From the human T2T-CHM13v2.0 reference genome, Homo sapiens, in NCBI RefSeq assembly GCF_009914755.1, contig NC_060929.1: a stretch of DNA of 64,000 bases; one strand, written 5' to 3'. Numbering within the stretch: position 1 is the stretch's first letter; each line of letters begins with the position of its first letter. The notes under the pieces were generated by a model that searched no databases, was not told the DNA's origin, and was given only the letters and a program-made list of their open reading frames with translations. A program made the translations under genes and the position numbers. Shown piece after piece: positions 22,141 to 38,737 of this stretch.

Positions 22141-22316
22141 GAGGGCTCTCAGCACTGTTGGCGCCGATCATTCTTTGTTATGGGGGCTGTCCTGTGCATC
22201 TCTGGTCTCTACCCACTCCATGCCAACCCTGCCCCCTCCTCAGTTATGACAACCAACAATGTTTCCAGATATTGCCAAATGTCCCAGGAAGACAAAGTGG
22301 CCTCCAGTTGAGAAGC
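22141..22316 (-). mobile_element. MER20 hAT DNA transposon relic
   Basis: Reverse strand reads ttctcaactgg...ggacatttggcaatatctgga...tgcacaggacagcccc. Confidence 0.75.
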
Positions 22317-22492
22317 GCGCGTCTGGAGAGAAATGCTGCAGGAAGCCGAGAGGGTGAGGCAGTGGGAGCTGGAAGGAATGGGGAAGGCAGGGAAGTCAGC
22401 CTCCCCCTGCTCCGGAAACTCCTGTCAGCTCCTCTGCTCTGTCCCTGGAGACCGCTTGTCTCTGCTGGAGGCTTCCTCCTGATAAGGCTGCT

Positions 22493-22494
<2 letters not shown>

Positions 22495-22537
<43 letters not shown>

Positions 22538-22572
22538 TGTGTGTGTGTATGTGTGTGTGAGAGAGAGAGAAA
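22495..22572. repeat. Compound (TG)n-(GA)n microsatellite
   Basis: Directly visible, with two TA interruptions. Confidence 0.97.
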
Positions 22573-23655
22573 GAGGAGCAGGAGGTGGGGGAAGGAGCTG
22601 GAGAGGGAAGGGAGAAGGAGAGAAGAAGGGGGAAGGGGGTAGGGAGAGGGATTGCAGAAGACAGAAGGAGAGAGCTAGAAGGCTAAAAATACCTCTGGCC
22701 CCCACGTCCCTAGTTTCTGCACAGACCCAAGATATAGCCCTGGGGACCTGGGGCTATATCTGGCTACATAGTCTGGAGTCCTTTGCCCCCTCCTCTTAGT
22801 TACCTGAGGGAGATGATTCAGGCCAGAAGGGGTGCAAAGCGGGAAGAGGAAGGCAGGAAGAGGAAGGCACCCAGTCTTTGCTCTCCCTGTCCCCCACAGA
22901 CAATCCCCCAGCAGATTTGCCTTCTGTGCCTCCAAAATCCACCAGGGTCAGGCTCCTCCCACTCGCCCCATCAGCCGCCACCTCTTTGTTTCTGGAGTTA
23001 CCACCTCACTGGTCTCCCTGCTTCCACGTTCCTTCTTCCTATCATGTGTTCTCCAGGAAGCAGATGGAATGACATGAAAAATGTAAATTGGATCGTGCCA
23101 TCCCCATGCCTAAAGCCCTGTAATGGTCCCCTCAGTCCTCAAAATCCAAGCCAGATGCCCGGCTACAGCCTTCAAGTGTTCACGGTCCCCAGGCCCCTCT
23201 TTCACTCACCACCAAACTCCCACCACACTGTCCTTCCTTCTATTCCTTGCCTGCACCATCCCCCTAGCTTTTTACCAACTGAGGCGTTATCTGAAATTCC
23301 TCTGCCTGCTTTTCTCAGCCCCATGTCCTAAGCATTAAGGTGTCCACAAAGATTCCTTTCTCAGACATGCCTTCCCTGCCCACCCCATCTGAAAACGACC
23401 TCTTCAAATACTGGCCCATCATCCTGTTGTTCTTTACAGCACTTTTGACTTTATCTTCTTAATTCCTGGAGGGCAGGGACCTCACGTGTTTCTTCTGTAT
23501 CTCCAGGGCCCATGTGTCTGGCACACAGTGAGCAGTCAATAAAATGGATTGAATAGACAAATGAATGAACAATGAGATGGTCTCCAGAGCCCCTCCCAGC
23601 GTGCTGGCTTTTTGTGTCATTGCAGACTTTGCACCTCTGGCTCCAGGGAGCTCAC

Positions 23656-23748
23656 AGGCAGGGGCTGGTCCAGCCCAGAGGCGATGAAGACAGTGACGAT
23701 GATGATGGTGGTGGAGATGCAGGCGCTGACTCAGGTAGCTCCGTGAAG
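23656..23748 (-). pseudogene. Transmembrane exon of the antisense candidate: LHGAT*VSACISTTIIIVTVFIASGLDQPLP
   Basis: Acceptor gacttatttccag|, donor |gtgagc, 93 nt phase 0-0; 22 of 25 codons after the TGA end in G/C; ~20-residue hydrophobic run. Confidence 0.55.
23684..23734 (+). CDS. FABP6: FABP6 long isoform (IBABP-L) first coding exon, MKTVTMMMVVEMQALTQ; exon probably starts at 23626
   Basis: Acceptor ttttgtgtcattgcag| at 23625; gcgATG at 23684; CAG|gtagct donor; matches my recollection of the IBABP-L N-terminal extension. Confidence 0.85.
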
Positions 23749-23979
23749 CTGGAAATAAGTCATTTGAGGCAAATGAAAGGATGACCCAGGTCACAGTGGG
23801 GAGAACACCTTGGGTGGGGGACTTGCTCGCCTTTCTCTGTGATGCTAATAACAGACTTGTCATGGCTCCAAAGCCCTTTTCCTCCTTTCAGCTGTCTCTC
23901 TGTGACTGTCTTTGTGACAGTCTCATTGTTGTTGTTACTAAGATGGCTTCCCTCAGAGGACGGACACTTGGAGTAGTGG

Positions 23980-24365
23980 CAGGTTCGGCCACCCCTAGAG
24001 ACGATGGCGGTGGGGACCGGGGCAGCCCCCTGGCCCCCTGGGCTCACCCCCTCCTGCGCCACCCCGGGCCGTGCCGTGCCAAGCCGGCCACCAGAGGGCG
24101 CGCCAGGTCGCGGCATCCCGGCTCCCCGTCGGCCTGGGGCCGGCGGGCGGGGCTCGGCTGTCTCCTACTGAGGCCTCGCACTTCCTCTCTGTCTTGCCAT
24201 TCCTGTCTCCCTCTCTCCCTACCTGGCATCTCCCCCTGCTATCTTCATCCCCTGCCCCCTCCTTCGTCTCCATTAGCAAACCCGCATGGTAGCCTATCTT
24301 GTGGTGAGCCCCAGTGTCCGGCGCGGGGAGGGACACAGACGCGTCCCAGTGGGATCTCCGCCCAC
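23980..24365. promoter_or_regulatory. CpG-rich patch containing a CTCF motif
   Basis: Dense CpGs; GGCCACCAGAGGGCGC at 24086-24101 is a near-consensus CTCF core. Confidence 0.75.
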
Positions 24366-24895
24366 TAGGGAGTTCACAGCCTAACCTGAATCCCCGCACC
24401 AGCCCAGAGCAATGAAGCCTCCTGAAAGGACTGCTGAGGAGAGACAGGCCGTCCTACAAGAAGTGGGGCAGGACATGGTCTTCCCCACGGAGGTGGCTCC
24501 ACATCCCTCCCACCTACCCCAGCCAGGGGCCCTCTGACTGTGCCACTCACCGTGCAGGCGCACCACACAGGACGTCCTGTGATGGAAAAGGCTTAGGCAG
24601 AGTCTGGCTGCCTTATCTCACTAAGGGGTAAACTGAGGCTCCAGCAGTGAAACTAGTGTGAAGTCTGGGTTCAAATTCCATCTCTGCTGCTTAATAGCTG
24701 GACGACCTTAGACAGCCTTCCTAACCTCTCTGAGCTCAAGCTGCGGAAGTGGCAGCCTCTTAGGATTATGGGAGAACACACATGCAACATGCTTAGCACT
24801 GTGCCTGCAGTTAGTCATTATTCTTAAGAAAGTGGCCTACCCATGGCCACCGATTGAGCAGAGGTGGCAGACCTAGGCCCAGAATCCCCATCTGA

Positions 24896-25171
<276 letters not shown>

Positions 25172-25769
25172 TAGTAGAGACGGGGTTTCACCATGTTGGC
25201 CAGGCTGGTCTTGAACTCCTGACCTCAGGTGATCCACCCGCCTCGGCCTCCCAAAGTGCTGGGGTTACAGGCGTGAGCCACCGCACCCGGCGAGTCCTTA
25301 GTTTGAGGAGAGGTCTGTGTTACTGTCCCCAGCTGTCTCATCTGTGTTCTCCTGCCATGGGCATCTCTTGGGATGGCTCCACACTTCCTCCTGGCCTGGC
25401 CACACCTAATCCTTCAAACCATTCCTTGGGTGGGGAGAGGGGAAGGTGGCCTTAGCATTGCCAGGGAAGTATGAACTGGCACAATCTTCATGGAGGCTTC
25501 GTCAGTGTCTGGCAATCCTCTGACCCAGTTGTTCTACTTCAGGGGATTTAACCCTACAAGAGGGTCATATATATACACGTATGAATGTATACATATTTGC
25601 GTGCATTTATACATATATCTCTGAAGGATACATAAGAAACTAGTAGTTTTGAGTTGGGTGCCATGGCTTACACCTGAAATCCCAACAGTTTGGTAAGCTG
25701 AGGCAGGAGGATCACTTGAGCCCAGAAGTTCCAGACCAGCCTTGGCAACATGGCAAAACTCCATCTCTA

Positions 25770-25961
<192 letters not shown>

Positions 25962-27039
25962 CTAGTGGTTTCGTTTGCCTAGGGTGGGGGGGTAGGGTGG
26001 AAGGGGATGGGAGTGAGGTGAGGTGGGAGATTTTCCCCATAGCTCTTTTGTTATTCTTGGATATTAAGAGAAGTGAATGTATTACCTATTTAAAAATAAT
26101 AATTTAAACGTTTTTTAAATAGGAATGGTAGCCAAATGCAATGCCATACAATTAAATAACAAAATAATAAGTAAAGTCAGAGTTGGGGGAGGAGCCAGGT
26201 GGGATTCCCTCTCCCCTTCTCATTTCTCACCCTTCTTCTTTCTTCCTCTTTCCCCTCCCCCTCCTCTCTTTCTTCAGGAAGCCACCTGTCCTGTTTTCTC
26301 CAGCCCAACAGTGAGGTTTCTTTGAACTCACTCATTCATTCACTTATTTATTTATTTTTTGCGACAGGGTCTTACTCTATCACTCAGGCTGGAATGCAGT
26401 ATATGATCATGGATTACTGCAGCCTCCACCTTCCAGGCTCAAGTGATCCTCCCACCTCAGCCTCCTGAGCAGCTGGGACTGCAGGTGCACACCACCACAC
26501 CCAGCTAATTTTTGTATTTTTTTGTAGAGATGAGATTTCACCATGTTGCCCAAGCTGGTCTTGAACTCCTGGGCTCAGGCGATCTGCTCGCCTCCACCTC
26601 CCAAAATGCTGGGATTACAGGTGTGAGCCACCTCACCCAGCCATTCATTCACTGATTCATTCTTCATTTATTCTTTCACCAAATGTGCTCTTGGGTGGAA
26701 GCAGGGATTTAGGCAGACTCTTTCTGCTCTCTACAGGGGAGATGGATATTGAGACGACACAATCCTCAGTATTGTCATTATCATTCATCGAAGTGCCATG
26801 AAGGAGAAGCGGCATGGCAGCATAGAAAAGGGACCTGAACTAGCCTGGAGGGCCAGAAAGGCTTTTCTGAGAAAGTGACTCCTTTATTTCCACTTAACTC
26901 TTCAAAAACTTTTTTCTCTTATGAAGAAACTCAAATATATACAAACATACAATACCCCATGTACCCACAGCCCAGCTCCATACTGATCAACATGGCCAAT
27001 CCTACCTTATTTTATCCCACCTACTCCCCCACTTCACCA

Positions 27040-28096
<1,057 letters not shown>

Positions 28097-28295
28097 ATGC
28101 TCACCTCATTTTTTTTTCTTTGAGAAAAGGTCTTGCAATGTTGCCCAGACTGGTCTCAGACTCCTGGGATCAAGCAATCCTTCTGCCTTAGCCACCCAAG
28201 TAGCTGGGATTATGAGTGCAAACCACTGCATCCAACTCCACCCAATTATTTTGAACCAAATCTCAGATATTATATTTCTTTTTTTTTTTTTTTGA

Positions 28296-28454
<159 letters not shown>

Positions 28455-28989
28455 TAGTAGAGTTGGGGTTTCACCATGTTGGTCAGGCTGATCTCGAACT
28501 CCTGACCTCAGGTGATCTGCCCACCTTGGCCTCCCAAAGTGCTAGAATTACAGGCTTGAGCCACCGCGCCCAGCCTCAGACACTATATTTCATCTGTAAA
28601 TATTTCAGTATAAATTTCCAAAAAATAAGGACTTTTAGGCCAGGCAGAGGTTGCAGTGAGCCGAGACTGTGCCACCACACCCCAGCCTAGGCAATAGAGT
28701 GAGACTCCATCTCAAAAAAAAAAAAAAAAAAATACCCACAGGGTTCTTGCTGTGGAGCATGCACCTGTAGTCCTGTAGTCTTAGCTACTTGGGAGGCAGA
28801 AGCATTGCTTGAACCCAGGAGTTGGAGGCTGCAATGAGCTATAATCCTGCCATTGCACTCCAGCCTGGGCAATAGAGTGAGACTCCCCATCTCTAATAAA
28901 ATAAAGATAAAAATAAAAATAAATAATACATTTTTTTAAAAAAGCTCACTATGGAGATGGAGTGAAATTCCACGAAGGGCACACAATGA

Positions 28990-29441
<452 letters not shown>

Positions 29442-30019
29442 TAGGAAGCCTCACCCTGCTAGCAGCCTTGAGCTCAGGCTTCCTGCTTTCTGAGAAATAC
29501 TGTCCCGAGGTCTCCAGCTCCATAGGTAGGGATGGTCTGGGGGTTGGAAAGAAAGGGGGCGTAACAGCTAAGGTTTTCCATTGGCTTTTTGGGGACCAGT
29601 GGTGCCTCAGATAGAGAAGCCCAAAACTGAAAGTTTCTCAGAGAATTATAAAAAATATATGTGGTAGTCTCGTCTCCCACTGCCAGTATTGTGGTTTTGG
29701 CAGAGTTATGATAAGGGCCGAGTCTTCCATCTGGCATGGGACCCAAGGCCTCCCAGTCAAAGACAAGATACCATTAATGATTAGATTGTCATCTTGGCCA
29801 GGATTTGCTCTCTCAGCAGGAAGCAGAGGTTGCAGTGAGCCGAGATCGCACCACTGCACTTTAGCCTGGGTGACAGAGCAAGACTTCATCTCAAAAAAAA
29901 AAAAAAAAAAAAAAAGCAACTGAAATACCCCCACACATTACATATTTGCATGTTCATACATGTTCAAAGTCGTGTACACTTATAAACAGACATGCCTGCA
30001 CAAGTGTGCACACTCCTTT

Positions 30020-30595
30020 ATCACAGGTGCTGCTGGCTTCCCCCTTCCTGATGAACTCTGTCAGATGCCCATTTCTCCTAGCAACCTTGTTTTCTGAAAG
30101 GCTGACTCCAACCCTGCTCCAGGAGAGGGACCTTCATTAGTCTAAGCCAACCCTGGTGGTCTTAGTCCCTCTGATGGAGATTGGTTTACCTTTGGGCTAT
30201 GTGACCACGTTCTAGCCAATGACATTTGGAAAGAAGTTGGCTTGGGGCTTCTGTGAAATTTTCCTTATTCTTAAGAAAGTCATCTCAGAAGTGAAGACTC
30301 ATTTACCTGTCATTGGATTCTGTAATGTGAGAGTGTGGGGTATGGAAATGCTGCAGCCATTTCGTGACCTTGAGGATGCAGAATTAAGCAGAGTGGAGAA
30401 GTGGAAATGACCCAGGGCCTCTAATGCCGTTACTGATCCACACAATCAGTCAACTTGAGAGTCCTCCCTTCCCATCTCTGGAATTCTAGTCATGAGAGAT
30501 ATTAACTTGATTTATTGTTCAAGGTCTCTTTTCTTTTTTCTTTTCTTTTCTTTCTTTTCTTTTTCTTTCCTTGTAGCCTAAGGCAGCAAACCGAT
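30020..30595 (+). mobile_element. Old ERVL LTR (LTR33/LTR16-like)
   Basis: tagtctaagccaa...gattggttta...atgtgacca...ttctagccaatga signature. Confidence 0.5.
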
Positions 30596-30844
30596 ACCCT
30601 CCTTCCATAAACACATTATCTCACATATACATATCCATATATCTGTATATAAACAACTAGAGCCATATATAGAAAGTCACAGCTGAGCACATGTGCACGC
30701 TGTTTACATGTATGTATAATAAAAGCAGGCCGGGCGTGGTGGCTCATGCCTGTAATCCCAACTTTGGGAAGCCGAGGAGGGCAGATCATGAGGTCAGGAG
30801 TTTGAGACCAACCTGGCCAACATGGGGAAACCCCATCTCTACTA

Positions 30845-31060
<216 letters not shown>

Positions 31061-32317
31061 TCAAACTTAATATACACAGAGAAAAGTATACATCCTCCTA
31101 GGTACACAGATAGAAGGACACATATACATCATGTTTCATACATGCATGCAAATCTATGTATAGTACAACAGACATAAATGCACACGGGCAGTATGCATTT
31201 CTACACAGAGCCACACATACTGGTTACATCGATGGCAACATTATTTTTTTCTACCCACGTCTAAACAGCCACAAAGTGCATACCCACAGCTCTGAGGGCT
31301 GCTTGGCTATGAGCACCCAGGACTGAAGAAAGTTCAGGAAATAGTTAGGAGAGGGACTTACAGACCAGAACACCACTGAGGAGTGAGGAGGTCAAGTCCA
31401 GGGTGGCTTGGACATGCACGGCAGCACCTGGGTCATGGATGCTAGACACAGCACCAAGGCAAGCTGTGATTAGAGTGTTTCCACCTTCAAAGGCGAAAAA
31501 AACCTTACTCTCACCTACCCCAGGACCTTCGTCCATACAGATGAAAAACCTACTTTGCCCTTCAAACAGCTCTTTTTGTTTTCCTCATAGGCAAATAATT
31601 GAGTTAGACGTTGCATGAAAGTCAATTTTTTTCCCATTTATGCCACTGGGCATTCTAGGTAGAAGGAAAAGTGCAAAGGCAAAGAAATGCAAAATAGCAC
31701 AGTGAGTTTAGGGGATTCCAGTGGAAATGAGTTTGCAGCAGAAACTGAGGATATGACAGAAGATGAGGTAGGGAAATGGGCAAGGGCCACGAACCTAGAT
31801 TTACCTCTAAACTCCCATGGCCCAATCCATTCATCCGACTCCCAGGGTCACATGACTTTGCTCCCAGGCCTGCATCTTCCATCCATCAGCTTTTTCATGC
31901 CAAACACCCAAATTAAATGGATAACCAAGACATTTTAGGAGACAAGGTAGCAATAGTCAGATTTTCTTTCTGGCTTTTGTATGGGGTTATTTAGGTTTTC
32001 TGCTCTAAATTACCCTTCTTTTGTTTCTTTTTTATAACAGAGAGGAGTTACCAAGGACATTCTTGCTAAATTAGTTTGTATTTATTATTCAACAGTGTAA
32101 ATCATCTTTCAAAAATGTCATGTTTCCAAGTTTAATAAAAAGTATTTCCAAAACAGTACATATGGTATGTTCCCATTTTGGATAAAATGTTTGTATGTAT
32201 ATTTATATGTGTATATAATAAGGTCTGGAAGTAAATACACACCAACTGTTAAGCAATAGTTACATATGAGAGACGGGACTGTAGGTCATCTTTACCTCCT
32301 TTTTTTTTTTTTTTTGA

Positions 32318-32644
<327 letters not shown>

Positions 32645-32898
32645 TAAAAAATTTCTGAATTTTATGCATTTTTCTGAATTTTATGTTACTTTTATCATCA
32701 GAAGAAAATGATTTTAAATTATTTTTAAAGTTTAAGGCTGGGCTCAATGGCTCATGCCTGTAATCTGAGCACTTTGAAAGGATGAGGCAAGAGGACTGCT
32801 TGAAGCCAGGAGTTTAAGGCCATCATGGGCAATATAACTAGATCGTTTGTCTAAAAAAAAAAATTAGTCAGGTGAGGTGGTGCATGCCTTTCATCCTA

Positions 32899-33012
<114 letters not shown>

Positions 33013-33042
33013 TTAAAAAAAAAGAAAAAAGTTGAATCTACA

Positions 33043-34488
<1,446 letters not shown>

Positions 34489-36554
34489 ATACATTTTAAT
34501 CAAAAGTATAATAAGAAAATTTCAGGAAGAAGTGGGAAAAGGAGACATACAATCAACCTGTGCACAGTAGAATCCTCCTGGTGTCTTCAGGAGACCCGAC
34601 GTGATCTGACCAGGGGAGTCTTGCAGCTCCATTCTCTGTACCAAGGCAAGTCAAACAGGTAAAGCAGATCACAGAAAGGGCTCTGACCTCAAGAAACATG
34701 TGATCTAGGTGGAAGCATGAGTCACATATGCATGAAAAACACAGCAGGCAATGAATGACAGGTAAGCTGGAAAGAGAATTCACCTGGTTACCAGGAGATA
34801 TGGGCTCTGTTCCTAGTTCTGGCACCCAGTGATGACCTTGGGAGCCCAGTGGCTTCACCTCTGTGAACTTTAATCTCCTTATCTGTCAAAGGGTTTTAAT
34901 GACAATAATTGAGAAGCTGTGATCATCAGATGAGATAACCTATCAGTGACTGCTCTCTGAACTGTGGTACAAGTTACCTTTCAACCTGGAACAGCACCTC
35001 AAACATGAAGGAATCTATCCCTATGGTGGAAATTCAGGCCCAAGCAGTGGGCAAGTGGGGTAGATCATGTGGGGACAAGGCCACCTTTGGTTGGCCCTTA
35101 AAAATACCAGAACACAGGGGCAGCCTGCACAGCTCTAACACTGCAGAACAGAAGTCAAGGTGGGCATTCTTGCCTCAGCTCGAAGACCTGCACAGCCTGC
35201 TCACCTTTGTAGAGCAGTGCACCCCAGGGAGAAAACACAGGAGCAGCCACGTCTCAGCCTTCTCAGAATGTCCAATCCTTTTCATAATTTAACCGCTTGC
35301 TCTGCATAATTACTTTTCTCCTGCTTATGAGCTTAGAGCAATAGTAGTTCCCAATAACTAGAGATTTAATAAGGCTAAATTACAACGAGTGTCCTGCAGA
35401 ATTACACACCGCATTAACACCAAATGAGTTCATTAGAAATTCATTAGGAATGATTTCTGCGGCTGCCACAGGAATTAATCACGGTTTGCCAGCGGCAGGA
35501 GAGGGGGCAATGAATGATTGCATGGGAGCGGGACGACCTTTTGCCATCTGACTTTCTTCTGAAGCAATATCTTTCAAGGGTCATGGGCTGCTTTGGTAGG
35601 GAGATTGCTTGGACGTTGTTAGACATGCCTCTCAATCTTCTTCCTTCTTCCCAGCCACTGCCCTAGATCAAACCTGTAGATGTTGGAGTCGGACCCTTTT
35701 TCTGTCCTGGGGAGCTGAGAAGTCATCATGGGCACTTATGTTCTTGCCTGCCCAGTATCCTTTCCCCCTTCTTCTGTCAGTGTACTTCTGTGTTTCTTGG
35801 AGAGCTGCTCCTTGAAGATACTGCTGCATGTAGGTCTCTGTGGGACTGTCAGTTAAGAGCCTCCACCAGCCTCACCCACCCCCAGAGGGAATACATGTCC
35901 TCGGCTGAGCCCATTGGGCTTTCTCTCCTGGTATTTTTTAGTAGCTGATATTTATGAAGTGCTTGCTAGGTGCTGGCCCCCTTTCTAAGGATCTTCATGT
36001 ACTGAGCATCCAACCCTCCCATTGCCAGTTAAGGAAGTGGGCTTTATTTTTAGCTCTATTCTGTCAACGAGGACACCCCAGTACAGAGGTTAAGTGACTT
36101 GTCCAAGTGACAGAGCCTGTAACTGTCCAAGCTGGGACTTTGAGTCATGAGTGCAGTACTATAAGGATGAAGGATTGTTGAAGGTAATCAATGGGTTGGC
36201 AGTGCCCCAGGGACTGTCCCTTCCTTCTTGCTTCCTGGTGCTATGTGCTATCTGGAGGCCTGGTGGTGGAGCTTTTTCATCCTTTCTATGAGTTACTCCA
36301 TACGTTTCCAAAAATTTTATTTTTTGGTTTGTCACCAAGAGTCAGTGTCTGCTACTTAGATCTGTAAGAGCTTTGGCTGATGCCTGAGCCGACCAACAAG
36401 TATGTAAAGGCCCAGGTATAGACACTGCACAGTTATAGGCCCTGCCCTGCACAGGCCAAACAGAAACATAAGGCAGGCTTCCTGCCTTCCAGCTGCTTAT
36501 ATCTCAGATAGAAAAACAACAACAACAATTTCATCCTGTGCCTTCCTATGCAAG

Positions 36555-37490
<936 letters not shown>

Positions 37491-38234
37491 TCCTATGCAA
37501 GTTCTAAGTGGAAAAGAGCCAGGATGGGATGGATTGGGAGCAGGAAAGATTTCATAGAAGGCACATGAGCTGGGTAGAATCTTTGGGGAGAGGTAACTGT
37601 CACGGACACTCTTTGGGCACCTATCCAACCCACAGTCCCTTCTTCAAGAACTGTCCACCCAGAGCAGTTGGCCCTCACGGTCGAGATGGTTGGTACCACA
37701 TGACGCTTTTGGTGGGATCAAGCATCTGTACCCTTTTCTATGTTTAGAGAACTTTCCACTACATGGGGCCCAACGAAAGGTGGGCCCACCTTCTAGTACA
37801 AAGCTGAAAAGGCCAGTACTCATGTCCCGTTTGTCCCATCGCCCGATGGCAATGAGGGTGCATGGACATGAGGTGGGCTCAGCCTCTGCAGCTCATGATA
37901 CAAATAAGCAGGGACAAGAGAATCCATTCTGGTGGTGGTGGCCATATTCTATGCCCAGGGAAATGGTGGCTGCAGGGTCCGCATGCAGTGCTACCCTTGA
38001 TAGGGGTGCAAATTGCCCAGTCCAGCCTTTGGCAGCAGAATCCTTACAAAATCATTTCTGTGATGTGATTGTGGCTGTGGTTCTAGCTGTTTGTCCTGTC
38101 CTGTCTCTGTCTGTTTTCCAAGCCTGAAAAGTCTGTGATCCAGTCGATATCCTTTTGATAAATTTCTTTTTTGCTCAAATCAGTTTCCATTGCTTGCAAT
38201 TAAGAGCGCTGCTATGAAGAGCTCTGCCTCCCTG

Positions 38235-38500
38235 CACAGAGCTGATTGGACCAGAGATGCCCACTTGACTCAGGATAGGCCAATCAGATTATTTCTCTTC
38301 TGACTCAGGTTCTGAGAGCTGTGTTGTCTGCGTGCACATGGGTGAGCCGGAAAGGAGACCTGCAGAGAATGAAACAGACACATAAAGGAAAGGTATGGGG
38401 TAGAAGAAGGGAGGGAAGGGTTCCTGACGTTTTTCAGATTCTGGTTCTAGTTCCTCATGAACCTAGACTTTGTGTCCTATCCCTGGGCTCCTTGAGATCC
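38235..38500 (+). mobile_element. Old ERVL LTR (LTR16-like) overlapping the IBABP-L exon at 38309-38392
   Basis: gattggaccagagatg...tgac...ggccaatcaga and gagaatgaa...aca...aggaaag blocks resemble the LTR16 consensus. Confidence 0.5.
38309..38392 (+). CDS. FABP6: FABP6 long isoform second coding exon, VLRAVLSACTWVSRKGDLQRMKQTHKGK
   Basis: atttctcttctgactcag| acceptor, 84 nt phase 0-0, AAG|gtatgg donor; 17+28+4 = 49 extra residues gives 177 aa. Confidence 0.85.
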
Positions 38501-38657
38501 TTCTGCATTGTTAGAATATTAGGTTGCACCATCTGAAATTGTTGTTTTTATAGGTCAAAAAGGTCAAATATCAGCAGTTATACATGCTGATGGTTCAACT
38601 TTATAAATCACCTTTTTTATTTTTTAACCTAAGCTAGCTCAAGTAGGTTTTGCCTGC

Positions 38658-38662
38658 CTTTC

Positions 38663-38714
<52 letters not shown>

Positions 38715-38737
38715 TCATTCTTTCCTTCTTCTCTCTT
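38658..38737. repeat. (TTTC)n tetranucleotide repeat at an Alu tail
   Basis: Directly visible. Confidence 0.95.

Noticed and set aside
22158-22799. 213-aa and 153-aa ORFs with VC/TH repeats
   Set aside because: Artefacts of the (TG)n(GA)n microsatellite and MER20.
23459-23863. His-rich minus ORF (LHLHHHHHRHC), and a 93-aa spliced ORF from the ATG in E5 in the same frame
   Set aside because: The His run is the shifted reading of the ATC/ACC TM codons; codon bias and topology favour the other frame. Not excluded as a present-day lncRNA smORF, but unsupported.
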